Positions 1 to 12,163 of a stretch of DNA of 46,333 bases are shown one piece after another. The notes under the pieces are model-generated. The model did not search any database. It saw nothing but the letters and a program-made list of their open reading frames with translations, and was not told the DNA's origin. The translations under genes were made by a program, and so were the position numbers. The DNA comes from Octopus bimaculoides (lineage: Eukaryota). Position 1 is the first letter of the stretch. The number at the start of each line of letters is the position of its first letter. Where the stretch lies: positions 56,890,665 to 56,936,997 of the forward strand of contig NC_068981.1 of the NCBI RefSeq assembly GCF_001194135.2, given 5' to 3'.

Positions 1-486
1 ATAACCGTTCTATTCTTAAGTTTTTTTTATTATATTTATGTGCATTAACTCTTCGTGATGTATGTAAACGTCCAGGCACAACCTATAAACCTTTCAAAAT
101 TAGCCGATGCTAAGGACATCATTATCCACTCGCAGAATCTAAGTTCCGGTGACGCTTTTACTTTCTCTCCGCTTTTGTTTGTATGGTATATATATATATA
201 TACTGTTTGTTATTGCTATCTTCATTATCACCAGTATCTCCACCGATATGAATACCACCACAATAACCGCAATGTTTACAACTTCTTTAACCAATTACAC
301 CACCTTCAATAACCGGCATGACTATCATTCTATTCTGCGTTTATCTGCCCATGTATCTAGAACTGTGATCACAATCCATATTTACTTTCTGATGAACTTT
401 TCAGGGAAACAGAATACACATTTTGTTAGATTCGTTGTTCTTGATATATTCGGACATAAAATCAAACAGAAAAGCAGAGAGACAGG

Positions 487-618
<132 letters not shown>

Positions 619-844
619 TACTTGTACATCCGTTTGGTTACGAAGGAAAATTACAGTAGTAACGAAACGGGATCAATAGAAAAAAATGGATATGTATGTA
701 TATATGTGTGTGTATGTATATACACACATATATATATAATAAATGAAAAATGCATTGAACACTACAAAGCGTGTTCGTTGCACAAACACAAGGACCCAAA
801 TCCTTCCTCGGTTATCGACCCAAAATACCCAGTTTCGTGCCTAT

Positions 845-1155
<311 letters not shown>

Positions 1156-1716
1156 AGTAAACCCAGTATCAATGCGTGTGCAAATAAGAAGACGCAGAAA
1201 ATCTCGAAGAAAAATAAATCGATTTATTTAGCAGGATACTGAATGTATATGGAAATTCTATTTGTTTACGATTTCGTCTTCAAAGCTTGGCTACATCAAC
1301 TTCCTTTCAGTTTCCGATAGACCTACTGCGACAGTCTTTTTAACGAGCTAAAACTAAATTCCAAAGGTCTATGTATTTTGACACATAACTTCAACTACTC
1401 TACGTGTTGTCAGTGCTGTTACCGCTTTCTACCGAATAAACTATTTTTCTGGAGGTTGTTTGGTTGTTTTTGTTTTTCTGGCTTTCCTCGTTTTTTTTAT
1501 TATTGCTCTCTCTTTCTCTGTCTTTTCTTTTCCTTCTTACTCTTCCTCGTTATTTCTGTTGCCACCTCTCTCTCCCTCTCTTTGTCTGTCTTTTCCAACT
1601 TTTCTCTCTGTTATTTCCAAGGGTGTTTCGCAGACCTCTCATGGTAATAGTCAACATGAACATGTCCCTGAAAAATACTGAGAATCGTTACATTAGCCAC
1701 TTTGAAAGAAACGGAC

Positions 1717-1717
<1 letters not shown>

Positions 1718-1781
<64 letters not shown>

Positions 1782-2174
1782 CACACACACACACTCACAT
1801 ATATACATATATACATATATATGCATATAAATATTCATATATATGTATATTTATGTGTATATGTGCATGTGTAGTGTATACACTTACACACATACACAGC
1901 GAGAGAGAGGGATACAGGTATACACCTACATACGTGTATATACACATAAAAGGATATATATATATGCAATATATAGAGGTGGAGAGATACAAAAATACGT
2001 GTTTGTATCTATGGATTCAAGATTCAAGTACATATGTATGGATGTTTGTATATGAATGCGTGCGTGTGAGCGTTTGTGTGTACATTATGATATATTTTAT
2101 ATCAGTAAACACGAAGACTAGTCGGCCCGGGAGCGGGTGCGTTCTGTGTAACAAACACTCGCAAATATATGTGG

Positions 2175-2220
<46 letters not shown>
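1718..2220. repeat. (TA)n and (CA)n microsatellites with degenerate dinucleotide sequence
   Basis: (TA)n at about 1718-1777 and (CA)n at about 2178-2219. Confidence 0.9.
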
Positions 2221-2221
<1 letters not shown>

Positions 2222-2470
2222 AAGCTCGTTCGCAAACGCACCACGCACCACGCACACGTAGAAAAAAAACATACAAGTAGACATAGACATACAACATGCA
2301 TATAGAATACGGCAGAAATTGCGCGTGAATAACACACACACACGTGTTCCTTTACATGTGATCACACATATTCGACAAATGCCAGCACCAATATGCACGT
2401 ATGCATACGTAGACAATATATATTTTTTTGTATACCTAATGCAAGTGGAGAACTGGCTGAATGCAACAAT

Positions 2471-2685
2471 ATTCTTTTCTACTCTAAGCACAAGGCCCGA
2501 AATTTTGGGGGAGGAAGCCAGTCTATTAGATTGACCCTAGTACACAACTGGTACTTAATTTATCGACCCCGAAAGGATGAAAGGCAAAGTCGACTTCAGC
2601 GAAATTTGAACTCAGAACATAAAGACAGACGAAATACCGCTAAGCATTTTCCTTGGCGTGCTAACGTTTCTGCCAGCTCGCCGCC
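2471..2685 (-). mobile_element. tRNA-derived SINE, family A (monomer)
   Basis: Minus strand starts ggcggcgagctggcagaaacgttagcacg, has a B-box-like tctgagttcaaatt, body gtcgactttgcctttcatcctttcggggtcgataaattaagtaccag and tail ...agagtagaaaagaat. Near-identical copies at 8776, 11618 and 42474. Confidence 0.9.
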
Positions 2686-2693
2686 TTTTTTAT

Positions 2694-2903
2694 ATTCTTT
2701 CTACTCTAGGCACAAGGCCCGAAATTTTGGGGGAGAGGGCCAGTGGATTAGATCGATCTCAGTACGCAACTAGTACTTAATTTATCGACCCCGAAAGGAT
2801 GAAAGGCAAAGTCGACCTCGGTGGAATTTGAACTCAGAATGTAAAGACAGACGAACGTAAAGAAAGGCTGACGGCATGCTAACGTTTCTGCCAGCTCGCC
2901 GTC
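2694..2903 (-). mobile_element. tRNA-derived SINE, family A (second tandem monomer)
   Basis: Head-to-tail second copy of the 2471-2685 element with the same tail. Confidence 0.9.
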
Positions 2904-3169
2904 TTAAAATAATTATATATCACGATCTCTTCTTTCTCTTGAAGGTCAGTGATACGGTAAAAAACAACAATACGGTTAAAAACAAAAATTCAGCCATATT
3001 GCACTAGTTTTGTTGAATAATTGAGGCAAAGGCGGGTTAGAAATGGTTATGGTGGAGGTCGTGATTTGGGGAATCCTTTCCATCTTCTAATTCTCGATGC
3101 TACTGGATTTTTTCGCCCTAATATTTTTATAACATTCGTAATTGTAACAATCAGCATCAACACATGCAT

Positions 3170-3480
3170 GACTACCGCCATAAACATTCCTCACAGCCAA
3201 CACCACCTCTGCTGCTCAATTCAATTACCACCACCTCACCATCGCCATCGCATAACTTTTACCATCATCGCTGCCGCTGCCATTGCCCCCACCCCAATCG
3301 TCGTCGTCGTCGTCGTCTTTGCCGTCAGCACTACTACCATAATTCCCATATTCATCAGCACTATCATCATCAGCAGCAGCTGCACAACCAGGAAGACAAA
3401 CACCACTCATCCATAACCACTACCTCCAATGCCGTCATCAATAATAAAAGAACACCACCACCATCTCTTCCACCACTTTA
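3170..3480. repeat. Degenerate trinucleotide (ACC/ATC/GTC/AGC) low-complexity tract
   Basis: Mixed cac/cat/cgt/cag runs; gives overlapping low-complexity ORFs on both strands. Confidence 0.75.
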
Positions 3481-3989
3481 TATCAGTAAGCATTAAGACA
3501 CGTCTGCTCTTGGTGGGGGGTGCGCTCTGTGTAAGATAGAGTTGCGACCGGCAGCAGTCGCTGACCTGACAAGCGCCGCCTCTGCAGCGAACCCCAAAGG
3601 AGAAAGCAGTTTATATGTTGAACTATGCTTCATGCATATACAAGCAAGAAATGGCAGAACATTATGATGTTTGTTGTTATTTCCTTTTACTTTTATAACA
3701 TTTCTTCCCAACCAGCAACCCACACCAAACTTTTAGTTCTCTCCACGTCAGTTTATCGATATTTTGTTTCATTATAGTTTGATATTTTTTTCTTTCTTAC
3801 TGTTGTTTTAGCTTCTTTGCCATCTTAAGAATAGATTTTTTAAAGAATCTTCCTGCTTATATGTTTTTCATATGAAAGTATGCTAACGTGTATTATATAC
3901 TTTTTCTTCTCATTTTTTTTCTTTTTCTTTTCCTTATTTTTTAAATTCCTCAAACAAAGACACAAAGCATCTTCACTGGAATCTAGGTG

Positions 3990-4600
3990 AAAACAATTGT
4001 GAAGAATCACATACCAAACTTTGAAGAAATCTTGCATATTTTCAATATCCCGCTTAGTAAGCAAGTTGGAAGATCTGGCATAAAGTATCTACTGTCTGTA
4101 TTCGAAATCAGCAACTTTTCATTGAAACAAATAAGGAAGTTATTGGAATTATTAGAAATTGGCGACAAGCTACAATAGCAATTGTACTAAATTTTCGTTG
4201 ACTTTGTAAAAATACAATGATACTAAATTAAAGTGAATTGATTTTTTTTGTAAGTGTTTTTCTTCTGTTAAAGAAGAGTGCAGAGTCCATGGCATTTAGA
4301 TGTTTCCCCATAATAGTGAAGCTGATACGGGTAGTGTTTTATTTGAAAATCTGTTAACTGATGCCTATAGAGAAAGTATAGACAAGACAAAGGTTCCTGA
4401 GAGTTTAAGATAAAATATGGTTTAGGGTTAATACACCCTAAAAATAATGGGAGAAATGAAGTGTTTACATGTAGTGGACTGGTTCAGGAATGCTAGTTCA
4501 GAAGAAAAATACGTCTCACTAACTGCAGGAAATACAAAAAGAGGAAATAATGTGTGGCTTTAGTAGTTGCAGCATGTAGGTGATTGAAGTTTTACTAATC
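3990..4600 (+). mobile_element. Highly decayed non-LTR retrotransposon RT relic (possibly RTE-like)
   Basis: Scattered RT-like motifs in the expected order across frameshifts: FVDFVK, PIIVKLIR, (F)KIKYGL. Recognised by eye only. Confidence 0.35.
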
Positions 4601-6539
4601 ACTTACATTAGCGATTTTTACTTACTGTCTGAAATATTCTTGTGTATAACAATTGCTCTCCCCCCGCCATCTATGTGTAACTGACGTGGGTCTCTCTTCT
4701 TTCTAAAGATGGTCAGCAACTGATCATCGCTGAAGTATTTAGTATGCATAGAAATGCTAGAATTAACAGAATAAACTGGTATCTGTTTTAACGGAATAGA
4801 TGAATGAAAAATTTAAGCTGGGTTTGAACTCAGATGGTAAAAATAAAACTCAGTAGTATTAGCAATTCAGTTCTGTGCCTTGTTATACTACTGTCTTAAA
4901 ATAGCCAAATACGGTACTGGCAATTGGTAATGGTATGTATGAGGTGGTGAAGAGAATATAGAAGAACTCGAAGTGGGATTTATTAAGTATATAGAAACGA
5001 AATTCTGAAGTTCTCATACAAATCTTATTAAGAGAGTTGAAAGAAAAGTGTGGCATGTAACATACTGAATTACACCCAAACCACCAATAAAATATTTATA
5101 CCTCCATGCCCGTCATAAACTGTCAAGACAACTATGTCAGTTTCTACGTGAATATCTACCAAACACTTGTGTCCATCCTCCTGAGTTTTTCTCCAACCTT
5201 ACATCATAAAATTCTTCCTAGCGATTTGTGAGATAGATAAATACTTATGCTCATTGTGAGTTTAGAATTGTAGTGCCAATGCAAATAAATAATGATGCTA
5301 TACGACTTCGATAATGTACATAGGTAGATTCTGTTTCAGGGTCCAAATAAATTGAAGCAGCTTCAAATACATTTCTGATAATGTATTTCTACTTAGACAA
5401 AATATTGTATTAGAAGAACTTAGTATGAAGTGATTAGGTCTGATCAAGAAATGTTCCACTTCACTGGTGAGATTATGCAGACTGGAGACAAATGGAGAGA
5501 TGCTGTGCTGCGTTGCCAAACGTTCTAACTGGTGACTACTACTGAAACATGAATACTGAAATTATGCAGATAATCAGTTTCTTATTTAACTACCTAAGTA
5601 GCCCAATCAGCTTTATTTTGTACAAAATAGCCTAAACAGATATTTTGTGGTATGAAATGTTGGCATCATATACCTGTGATATTCACTTGTCTTGTTGATT
5701 TGGCTAAGATCAACCTAAACCTGTCTTTTATTCAAAGTGCATTTACGACTCCATCATCCAATATAATCATTCTTTTTTAAGACGTTTAGGATCTGATGGA
5801 GATGTACCTGTCATTTCAAGCGGATTGAGCAGCCATGTATACACTTTTATTTATTTATTTTTCTTTACTTTGACTTTTCTACTCTTATGCAAGCTTCCAT
5901 TATGTCCTAAAACAACAAAGTTATATCCACTTAGATAAGATATTCTGACTAATTAAAAAGTAGTTATCTTCTTTCTATTTTCTTTATACTGATTTACTAA
6001 CGTTTACAACTTTGTTAAAGCGAAATTCCTAATGTAGACTACAAATAAATTTTGTTATTCCTATGTTTTACTCCGAATGTTGAATAGTGGCTACAAGCTA
6101 TACTGACAACAGTTGTTAGGTACATATCTGAAACTATAATAAGGGTTAATTAGCAGCAGGTTCTATAAATATACCATGTATGTTTTTTTTTTCTGTTTGC
6201 TTTTTGCTTTCATAGGCGTCAGGTTGGCCGAATCATTAGAGATGGAAAAATTACTTTGCTGAGGTTAACTATGCTTGGAAGTAACAGTAAACAGTATGAA
6301 TAAAGTATTCTTATAACTAGGACAGCAAGAAAAAAATAAATACAAATTTTCAATACTTTTTTGTGTATTCATTTAAAAATATTGTTATAATACACCATTA
6401 GAAATGTGGTAAATTCACTAGAGGAAGAAAACCTCTGTTGTGACCCTTCCTTTGGCGCTCTAAGCAAGTGTTATATTGTTAAATGGTTAATCCGGATCTG
6501 AGCGTATATATATAGAAATACAAAGACATATACACATTC

Positions 6540-6670
6540 ACATGTGTGTGTGTGCTTGTGTGTGAGCGTAGTGTATGTGTGTATGTGGATGGCGCGCGCG
6601 TGTGTGTGTGTGTATGTGGAGGGCGCGTGTGTCTATGCATACACACATATGTGCGCGCACACACAAACAC

Positions 6671-6733
<63 letters not shown>

Positions 6734-6790
6734 TATATACATACACACACACACACACACACACATACATATAAATATATGCACAAATAC
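6540..6790. repeat. Compound (TG)n/(TA)n/(CA)n microsatellite
   Basis: Direct reading. Confidence 0.92.
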
Positions 6791-6803
6791 ATGCATAAAT
6801 AAA

Positions 6804-6867
6804 TCAATATTTCGGGGTTATGACCCCTTGACCCACTTTTCAAAGGGTCATAACCCCGAAATATTGA
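6804..6867. repeat. 64-bp near-perfect inverted repeat (28-bp arms, 8-nt loop)
   Basis: tcaatatttcggggttatgaccccttga / cccacttt / tcaaagggtcataaccccgaaatattga; one mismatch. Confidence 0.95.
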
Positions 6868-6975
6868 ATACAAGGTAGGTCTACATTAATTCATATCTTT
6901 CTTTTCTTGTGATTTACCTTGCATTTACTTCGCATTGTTTTGGCCTTACCCACGATCCTTTATACAGTGTATAAA

Positions 6976-7060
6976 CATACATACATACATACATACATAC
7001 ATACATACATACACACATACATACATACATACATACATACATACATACATACGTACATAC
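6976..7060 (+). repeat. (TACA)n microsatellite
   Basis: Direct reading. Confidence 0.95.
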
Positions 7061-7067
7061 AGATATA

Positions 7068-8145
7068 AAACGACTTTACCTGCCAAGAAAAGAGGGCAGC
7101 CGTAGACGTTTACAACTGGAATTAACAATGAAGATTGCCACAATTGGCCCAGATACCTACTTGAAAAACTCTGATGACTGGATGTTAAAACTTGTCTCAA
7201 CGCATGAAAACAAGAAGGCATCATACTCAGTAACAAGAAGGCAAAGGGATATCTAAGTGAATTCCAAATACAACAAATTCCAGAATTAGACATACGAGAA
7301 ACAAGCCCAGAAAAAGCTAAGCGTATGAAAACCCGTGCTAAAACTGCTGCTTTAGATATTCTTATTGATAAATGGCAAGAAAAACCTCTCAATGGCAAAT
7401 ACCCAAAGAGAGCTAATAGTACCGATATTGACAAAACCCTTACCCATCAATGGTTAGTGTCTTCTGGCTTAAAATCAGAAGCAGTAGGGTTTATCATAGC
7501 AGCCCAAGATCAATGCCTACCTACAAAGAACTACCAGGCCAGCATATTAAAGAACGGCAGTAGCCCAACATGTCGTGTATGTAAACAACAAAATGAAACC
7601 ATTGATCATGTGGTCCCATGTGTAGTCTTCTTGCGCCTACTTAGTATCTCAACAGGCATGATAGAGCAGCACAATATATTCAGTAGGTAATTTACAAAAG
7701 CCTGGACCTGCCCCATGATTAAAAAAAAACTGGTGGGAACACAAACCACCCCCAGTTCTTGAAAATGATCACATCTCACTTCTCTGGAACTTCACCATTC
7801 AAACTGACAGAAAGGTAGATGCGAACAGACCAGACATTATATTGAAAGTCTTCAGCCAAAATTCATGCCTCCTCATTGATATGACTATCCCAATCGACAG
7901 AAATGTATCTGTCAAGACCTACCAAAAACTGCGCAAGTATAAAGATCTTGAAATAGAAATTGGCAAAATGTGAAACCTCAAAACTAAAACAATACCTGTT
8001 GTCATAGGTGCTGTAGGAATGATAGGAAAAAAAGGGCTGATTCCTACCTAGCTCAGATGCCAGGAAACACCAAAATGGCAGAAATTCAAAAGATAGTGCT
8101 CATGGGAACTGCCCATATCCTACGTAAAATACAATCTATATAATC
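7068..8145 (+). mobile_element. 5'-truncated R4/Dong-type non-LTR retrotransposon (RT C-terminus, CCHC zinc knuckle, restriction-like endonuclease), pseudogenised
   Basis: RLYLPRKEG..., GLKSEAVGFIIAAQDQCLPTKNYQ, CRVC...ETIDHVV, LWNFTIQTDRKVDANRPDI, LIDMTIP, KYKDLEIEI, IPVVIGAVG, IQKIVLMGTAHILRK; contains stops and frameshifts. Confidence 0.9.
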
Positions 8146-8698
8146 TCAAATTTTAAAACAAACTTATATTATTTCTACCATCTTCAGTCTCTCTTGCTTC
8201 CGTCTTCGCACTCCTGCTGTTGCTGCTGCTGATTTCACATGCTTCGCGAGCTCTCGCGTTGCTTAGGCTGCTGTTGTTGTTGTCGTTGTTGTTGTCGCTG
8301 GTGAGTGGTACGAGGTGGGGAAATCTTCTGTGGGAGGGCTGGTGGAAGGAACGGCTTTCCCCCTCAACGGTCCCATGATGATCGCTGATGCCGATGGTAA
8401 TGGTGATGATGACGACGCCATCTTGTGCGTTTATGTTTTTTACACAAGATGAGGCGTTTTCTGAGTGGCAATTAAATGAAAAAATACTGCCCCTTACGGC
8501 ACAGTAACAATCTCTGAACACCTGCCAATAGGTTCCTGATATTCTTAATGTCACTTTATAACAAAAATTAATATATATATATGTAAAGGCAAGATGAAGC
8601 ATAATAGTTTAAAGCAGGATGAAGTATAACAGTTTAAAGCATAACTTACGAAGCGTGTTCGAAAGAACGTCTTTCATATTCCGCAGCGAATAATAGTA

Positions 8699-8700
<2 letters not shown>

Positions 8701-8768
<68 letters not shown>

Positions 8769-8775
8769 TAATAAT
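8701..8775 (+). repeat. (AAT)n microsatellite
   Basis: Direct reading. Confidence 0.97.
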
Positions 8776-8986
8776 GCGAGCTGGCAGGAACGTTAGCACG
8801 ACAGGCGAAATGTTTATCGGTATTTCATCCGTCTTTACGTTCTGAGTTTAAATTCCGCCGGAGTTAACTTTACCTTTCATCCTTTCAGGATCGATAAAAT
8901 AAGTACCAGTCGTGTACTGGGGTCGATGTGATCGACTATCTCCCTCTACCAAAATTCCAGGCCTCGTACCTTTAGTAGAGAGGATT
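8776..8986 (+). mobile_element. tRNA-derived SINE, family A
   Basis: gcgagctggcaggaacgttagcacg...ttctgagtttaaattccgccg...cctttcatcctttcaggatcgataaaataagtaccag. Confidence 0.88.
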
Positions 8987-10099
8987 ATTATTATTGTTGT
9001 TGTTATCATTATTATTATTTCCCTTTATCACAGGTTTTGTTGGAGCTCCTGGAGTCTTGCATGCGTAGCGGGCTTACTAGCTGCAGCCTACGGTACCATG
9101 CTATCCGTTCTTTTCAGCTATTGGATCTAGTCTTTCTCATTCGCAAAATCAGCCCCTCAATTTTGCTCAGATTGCTTTCATTTTCGGTATATTGATACAA
9201 ATCTGAATTTGGATTACGATCAATCAATTACTTTATCTCGTAAATTAAAGAATCTGGTGTTATTTTGAATTAAATTTAGGAAATTTGGGTAATTTTAGTC
9301 AATCAACAGACAGCGTGGCATTAGCACCTTGTTACCATGACAACAGGACGCTGTGTTGTGGTTCACTTCACTGTTGTTTCACTGTTGTCTGCGTCTTGGT
9401 GGTTCACTTCACGAGATTCTTTTCCCCCGCGTGTTTTGTTTTAATTTTTCTGTGTTAGTATATTGCGTATTTTTCTGTGCTTTTTCTGTATTTATTCTAA
9501 CCGCAGTTTACAAATCCAAGCATGAACACGTTACTCAACTGTGGGGTTTGGGGGACAGACGCTCCCTTTTCACACACACACACACTTGTATATTAATGAT
9601 ATACATAAATACATGGCAGGTATACATAATACTGAAATACGCATAAAGTAAACACATGCAGACAAACATATTAATATAACAAATTTTAAAAATTAAAAAA
9701 GTACAATCAATGAATGAGAAAGACTAGATCCAGATGATACATGTTGATTTTATTAGGTATTTCTGTTTATTTAGAAATCTACATTGAAACCAGATATTTC
9801 TGTTTATTTGCAAACCTACAATGAACAGGTCAGACGCTACATTTCACAGGGTAGAACCTTAAAGTTGACACCGCTCCGCTAAACGCGGAAAATTTATGTC
9901 TCGCCATTGGCTAAAAATACCCAGTTTTTTCAGTTTTTAAACATCTGTAGCTTCTTTCTCCGACTTTTTTCTCCACAACATCATACCTTCAAAGCAATGA
10001 GACTGGAATGCTACATTATTATAACCAATTTTCAGATTTTTTACTGTCTTCTACAAAAGCATATTTAGCGAATGAAAAAAAACTAGATCCCAGCTCTAG

Positions 10100-10405
10100 A
10101 TCTAATACTTTGTTGATTATTCTGGCCGTAGAAATGTATGGAATAGCAGAAAATATGACAAGCCTTATATGGAATAGCATGAAATGCCGGAGAACAGAAT
10201 TGACAGCAGGAAAATAAGTAATAGGAGAGGTGAGAATCAAGAGAGGAATCTTCCAGGAAGACAGTGTGTCTCCACTGATATTCGTGCTGGGAATGATTTC
10301 CTTGAGTGAAATACTACAGAAAACAAAGTTGGGATACGATCTGGGAAAAGGTACGGGAAAACTGAACCACTTGCTCTTCATGAACGACCTGAGGCTATTT
10401 TGTAG
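10100..10405 (+). mobile_element. R4/Dong-type RT core fragment
   Basis: RIKRGIFQEDSVSPLIFVL...KLNHLLFMNDLRLF matches the RT motifs GIFQGDSLSP and HLLFMDDLKL. Confidence 0.85.
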
Positions 10406-11445
10406 TTCACGGAGACTGGAGTCACCAAGGAGTTGCTTAATATACTTCACAGCTCCCTTCTTTATCATTCTCAACGCACCAATTACAATTGGTATAATCG
10501 TAGTACTAAGCTTCCACACTTCTTTTTATTTCAATTTGCAGATCTTTATAGTATTGTAGTCCTTGGTCACAATGTCTTGTCAATTGGAGTCAATTTTTCT
10601 GCCTGTTTGTATTGGGAAGTTCCAAAGGGTGGTGACGCCCTCGCCATTTAAAAATGCTCTGGATGGTGCCTGTACCACTTATCATGCAGTGGACGTACAG
10701 CCCTAGTCAGTCACGTCTTATAAAGGTACTCCATTTCAGCGAGGACTAAGCAGCCAGAAACAACTTGAACAATTGTCTCTGTGAATTTTCCGCAAATTCT
10801 ACGCGAGGGATCAGATACATCTTTAAGGACGTTTGCATGGTATACCTACCATGCAAACGTCCTTAAAGATGGATCTGATCTTGCACTTCAGTAACAAAAT
10901 CTTCTGTTTCCCCTTTCAGACCTGTCCTTTGTAGCCATTGGTGTCTTCGAATTTGATCAATATCTGACTTAGAGTATTTTCCATGCAGGAGTTTACCTTT
11001 CCAGTTGTCTTCGATAATATTCATGCAAGCCTTCTTTGCTTTTGGCTTCATGTTTTTTGCATCAATGGTAGGTTTGTCACTATTTGGATCTCTTCGGTAA
11101 CATCCCTTGCGGATTTTCTATTTCATTTTAGAGTGCTGAATACCATCTCCTTCATTGGTTCCCAGATATTTGTATACTTCGGGTTGGTCTAGGTTTCGAA
11201 CAGCTGTGGTAATTCAAGTTCTATGTTTTCTGCCTTCATGAACTTCCCTGCCTTGCAAGTAGGCTTTGCACATTTATCAAGTCTAAATTGCATACCTCTA
11301 TCAGAGCGGAGTTCTTTGAAAATATTCAGGAGCTCTTCTAATTCTTTGTCATTTCTGGCAAGCAGTTTTAGATCATCCGTATAGAGTAGATGATTAATTT
11401 TCTGGTCAAAGATCTTATACTCTCTCTCTTAGCATTATTCAGTTG
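10400..11445 (-). mobile_element. R4/Dong-type LINE 3' half with internal deletions
   Basis: Minus strand: KINHLLYTDDLKLL, YKYLG, GLKGETEDFVTEVQDQ, KDVSDPS.RICGKFTETIVQVVSGC, YKDLQIEI, IIPIVIGALRMIKKG. Confidence 0.88.
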
Positions 11446-11458
11446 CGTTATTATTATC

Positions 11459-11610
<152 letters not shown>

Positions 11611-11617
11611 TGTTAGT

Positions 11618-11828
11618 AAGGTGGCGAACTGGCAGAATCGTATGCACGCTGGACGAAATGCTTAGCGGTATTTCGCCTGTCGCTACGTTCTGAGTTCAGA
11701 TTCTGCTAAGGTCGATTTTGCCTTTCATTCTTTTGGGGTCGATAAAATAAGTACCAGTTGAACACTGGGTTCGATGTAATCGACTCATCCCCACCTCCCC
11801 AAGCTGCCCTTGAGGCAAAAATTTGAAA
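11618..11828 (+). mobile_element. tRNA-derived SINE, family A
   Basis: aaggtggcgaactggcagaatcg...ttctgagttcagattc...ggggtcgataaaataagtaccag. Confidence 0.88.
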
Positions 11829-11842
11829 TAATAATAATAATA

Positions 11843-11915
<73 letters not shown>
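11828..11915. repeat. (AAT)/(ATT)n microsatellite
   Basis: Direct reading. Confidence 0.95.
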
Positions 11916-11916
<1 letters not shown>

Positions 11917-12103
11917 CGTCAACCACTAAGGGACATGCTCAAGTGATTAAGTTCAAACAACTGACAAGCAAATCTGTGGTATTAAGCAGAATATTTGCTG
12001 TAGCCCATCTTTTATACCAAGACAAAACAACGTACATGATAACACTTCCAATCAGTTAAGATCAGAAGCCATGTGAGCCACTGCCTGGTACCGCATCAGG
12101 GCG

Positions 12104-12105
<2 letters not shown>
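11916..12105. mobile_element. Unclassified interspersed repeat fragment embedded in (ATT)n
   Basis: Complex sequence flanked on both sides by (ATT)n; resembles a recurrent octopus repeat as I recall it (not searched). Confidence 0.5.

Positions 12106-12160
<55 letters not shown>

Positions 12161-12163
<3 letters not shown>

Noticed and set aside
380-435. CTGATGA...GAAA hammerhead-like spacing
   Set aside because: Helix II has only about 2 bp with a mismatched base pair and helix I only about 3 bp; not convincing.
5699-5713. 15-nt match tttggctaagatcaa to the U2 snRNA 5' region (target of some site-specific LINEs)
   Set aside because: No further U2 similarity on either side and no adjacent element junction; compatible with chance.
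6180-6263. Strong polypyrimidine tract + AG and a 48-nt open exon candidate
   Set aside because: The putative exon aligns by eye with a decayed SINE family A head (ggcg..g.tggc.gaatc.ttag), and the donor is weak.
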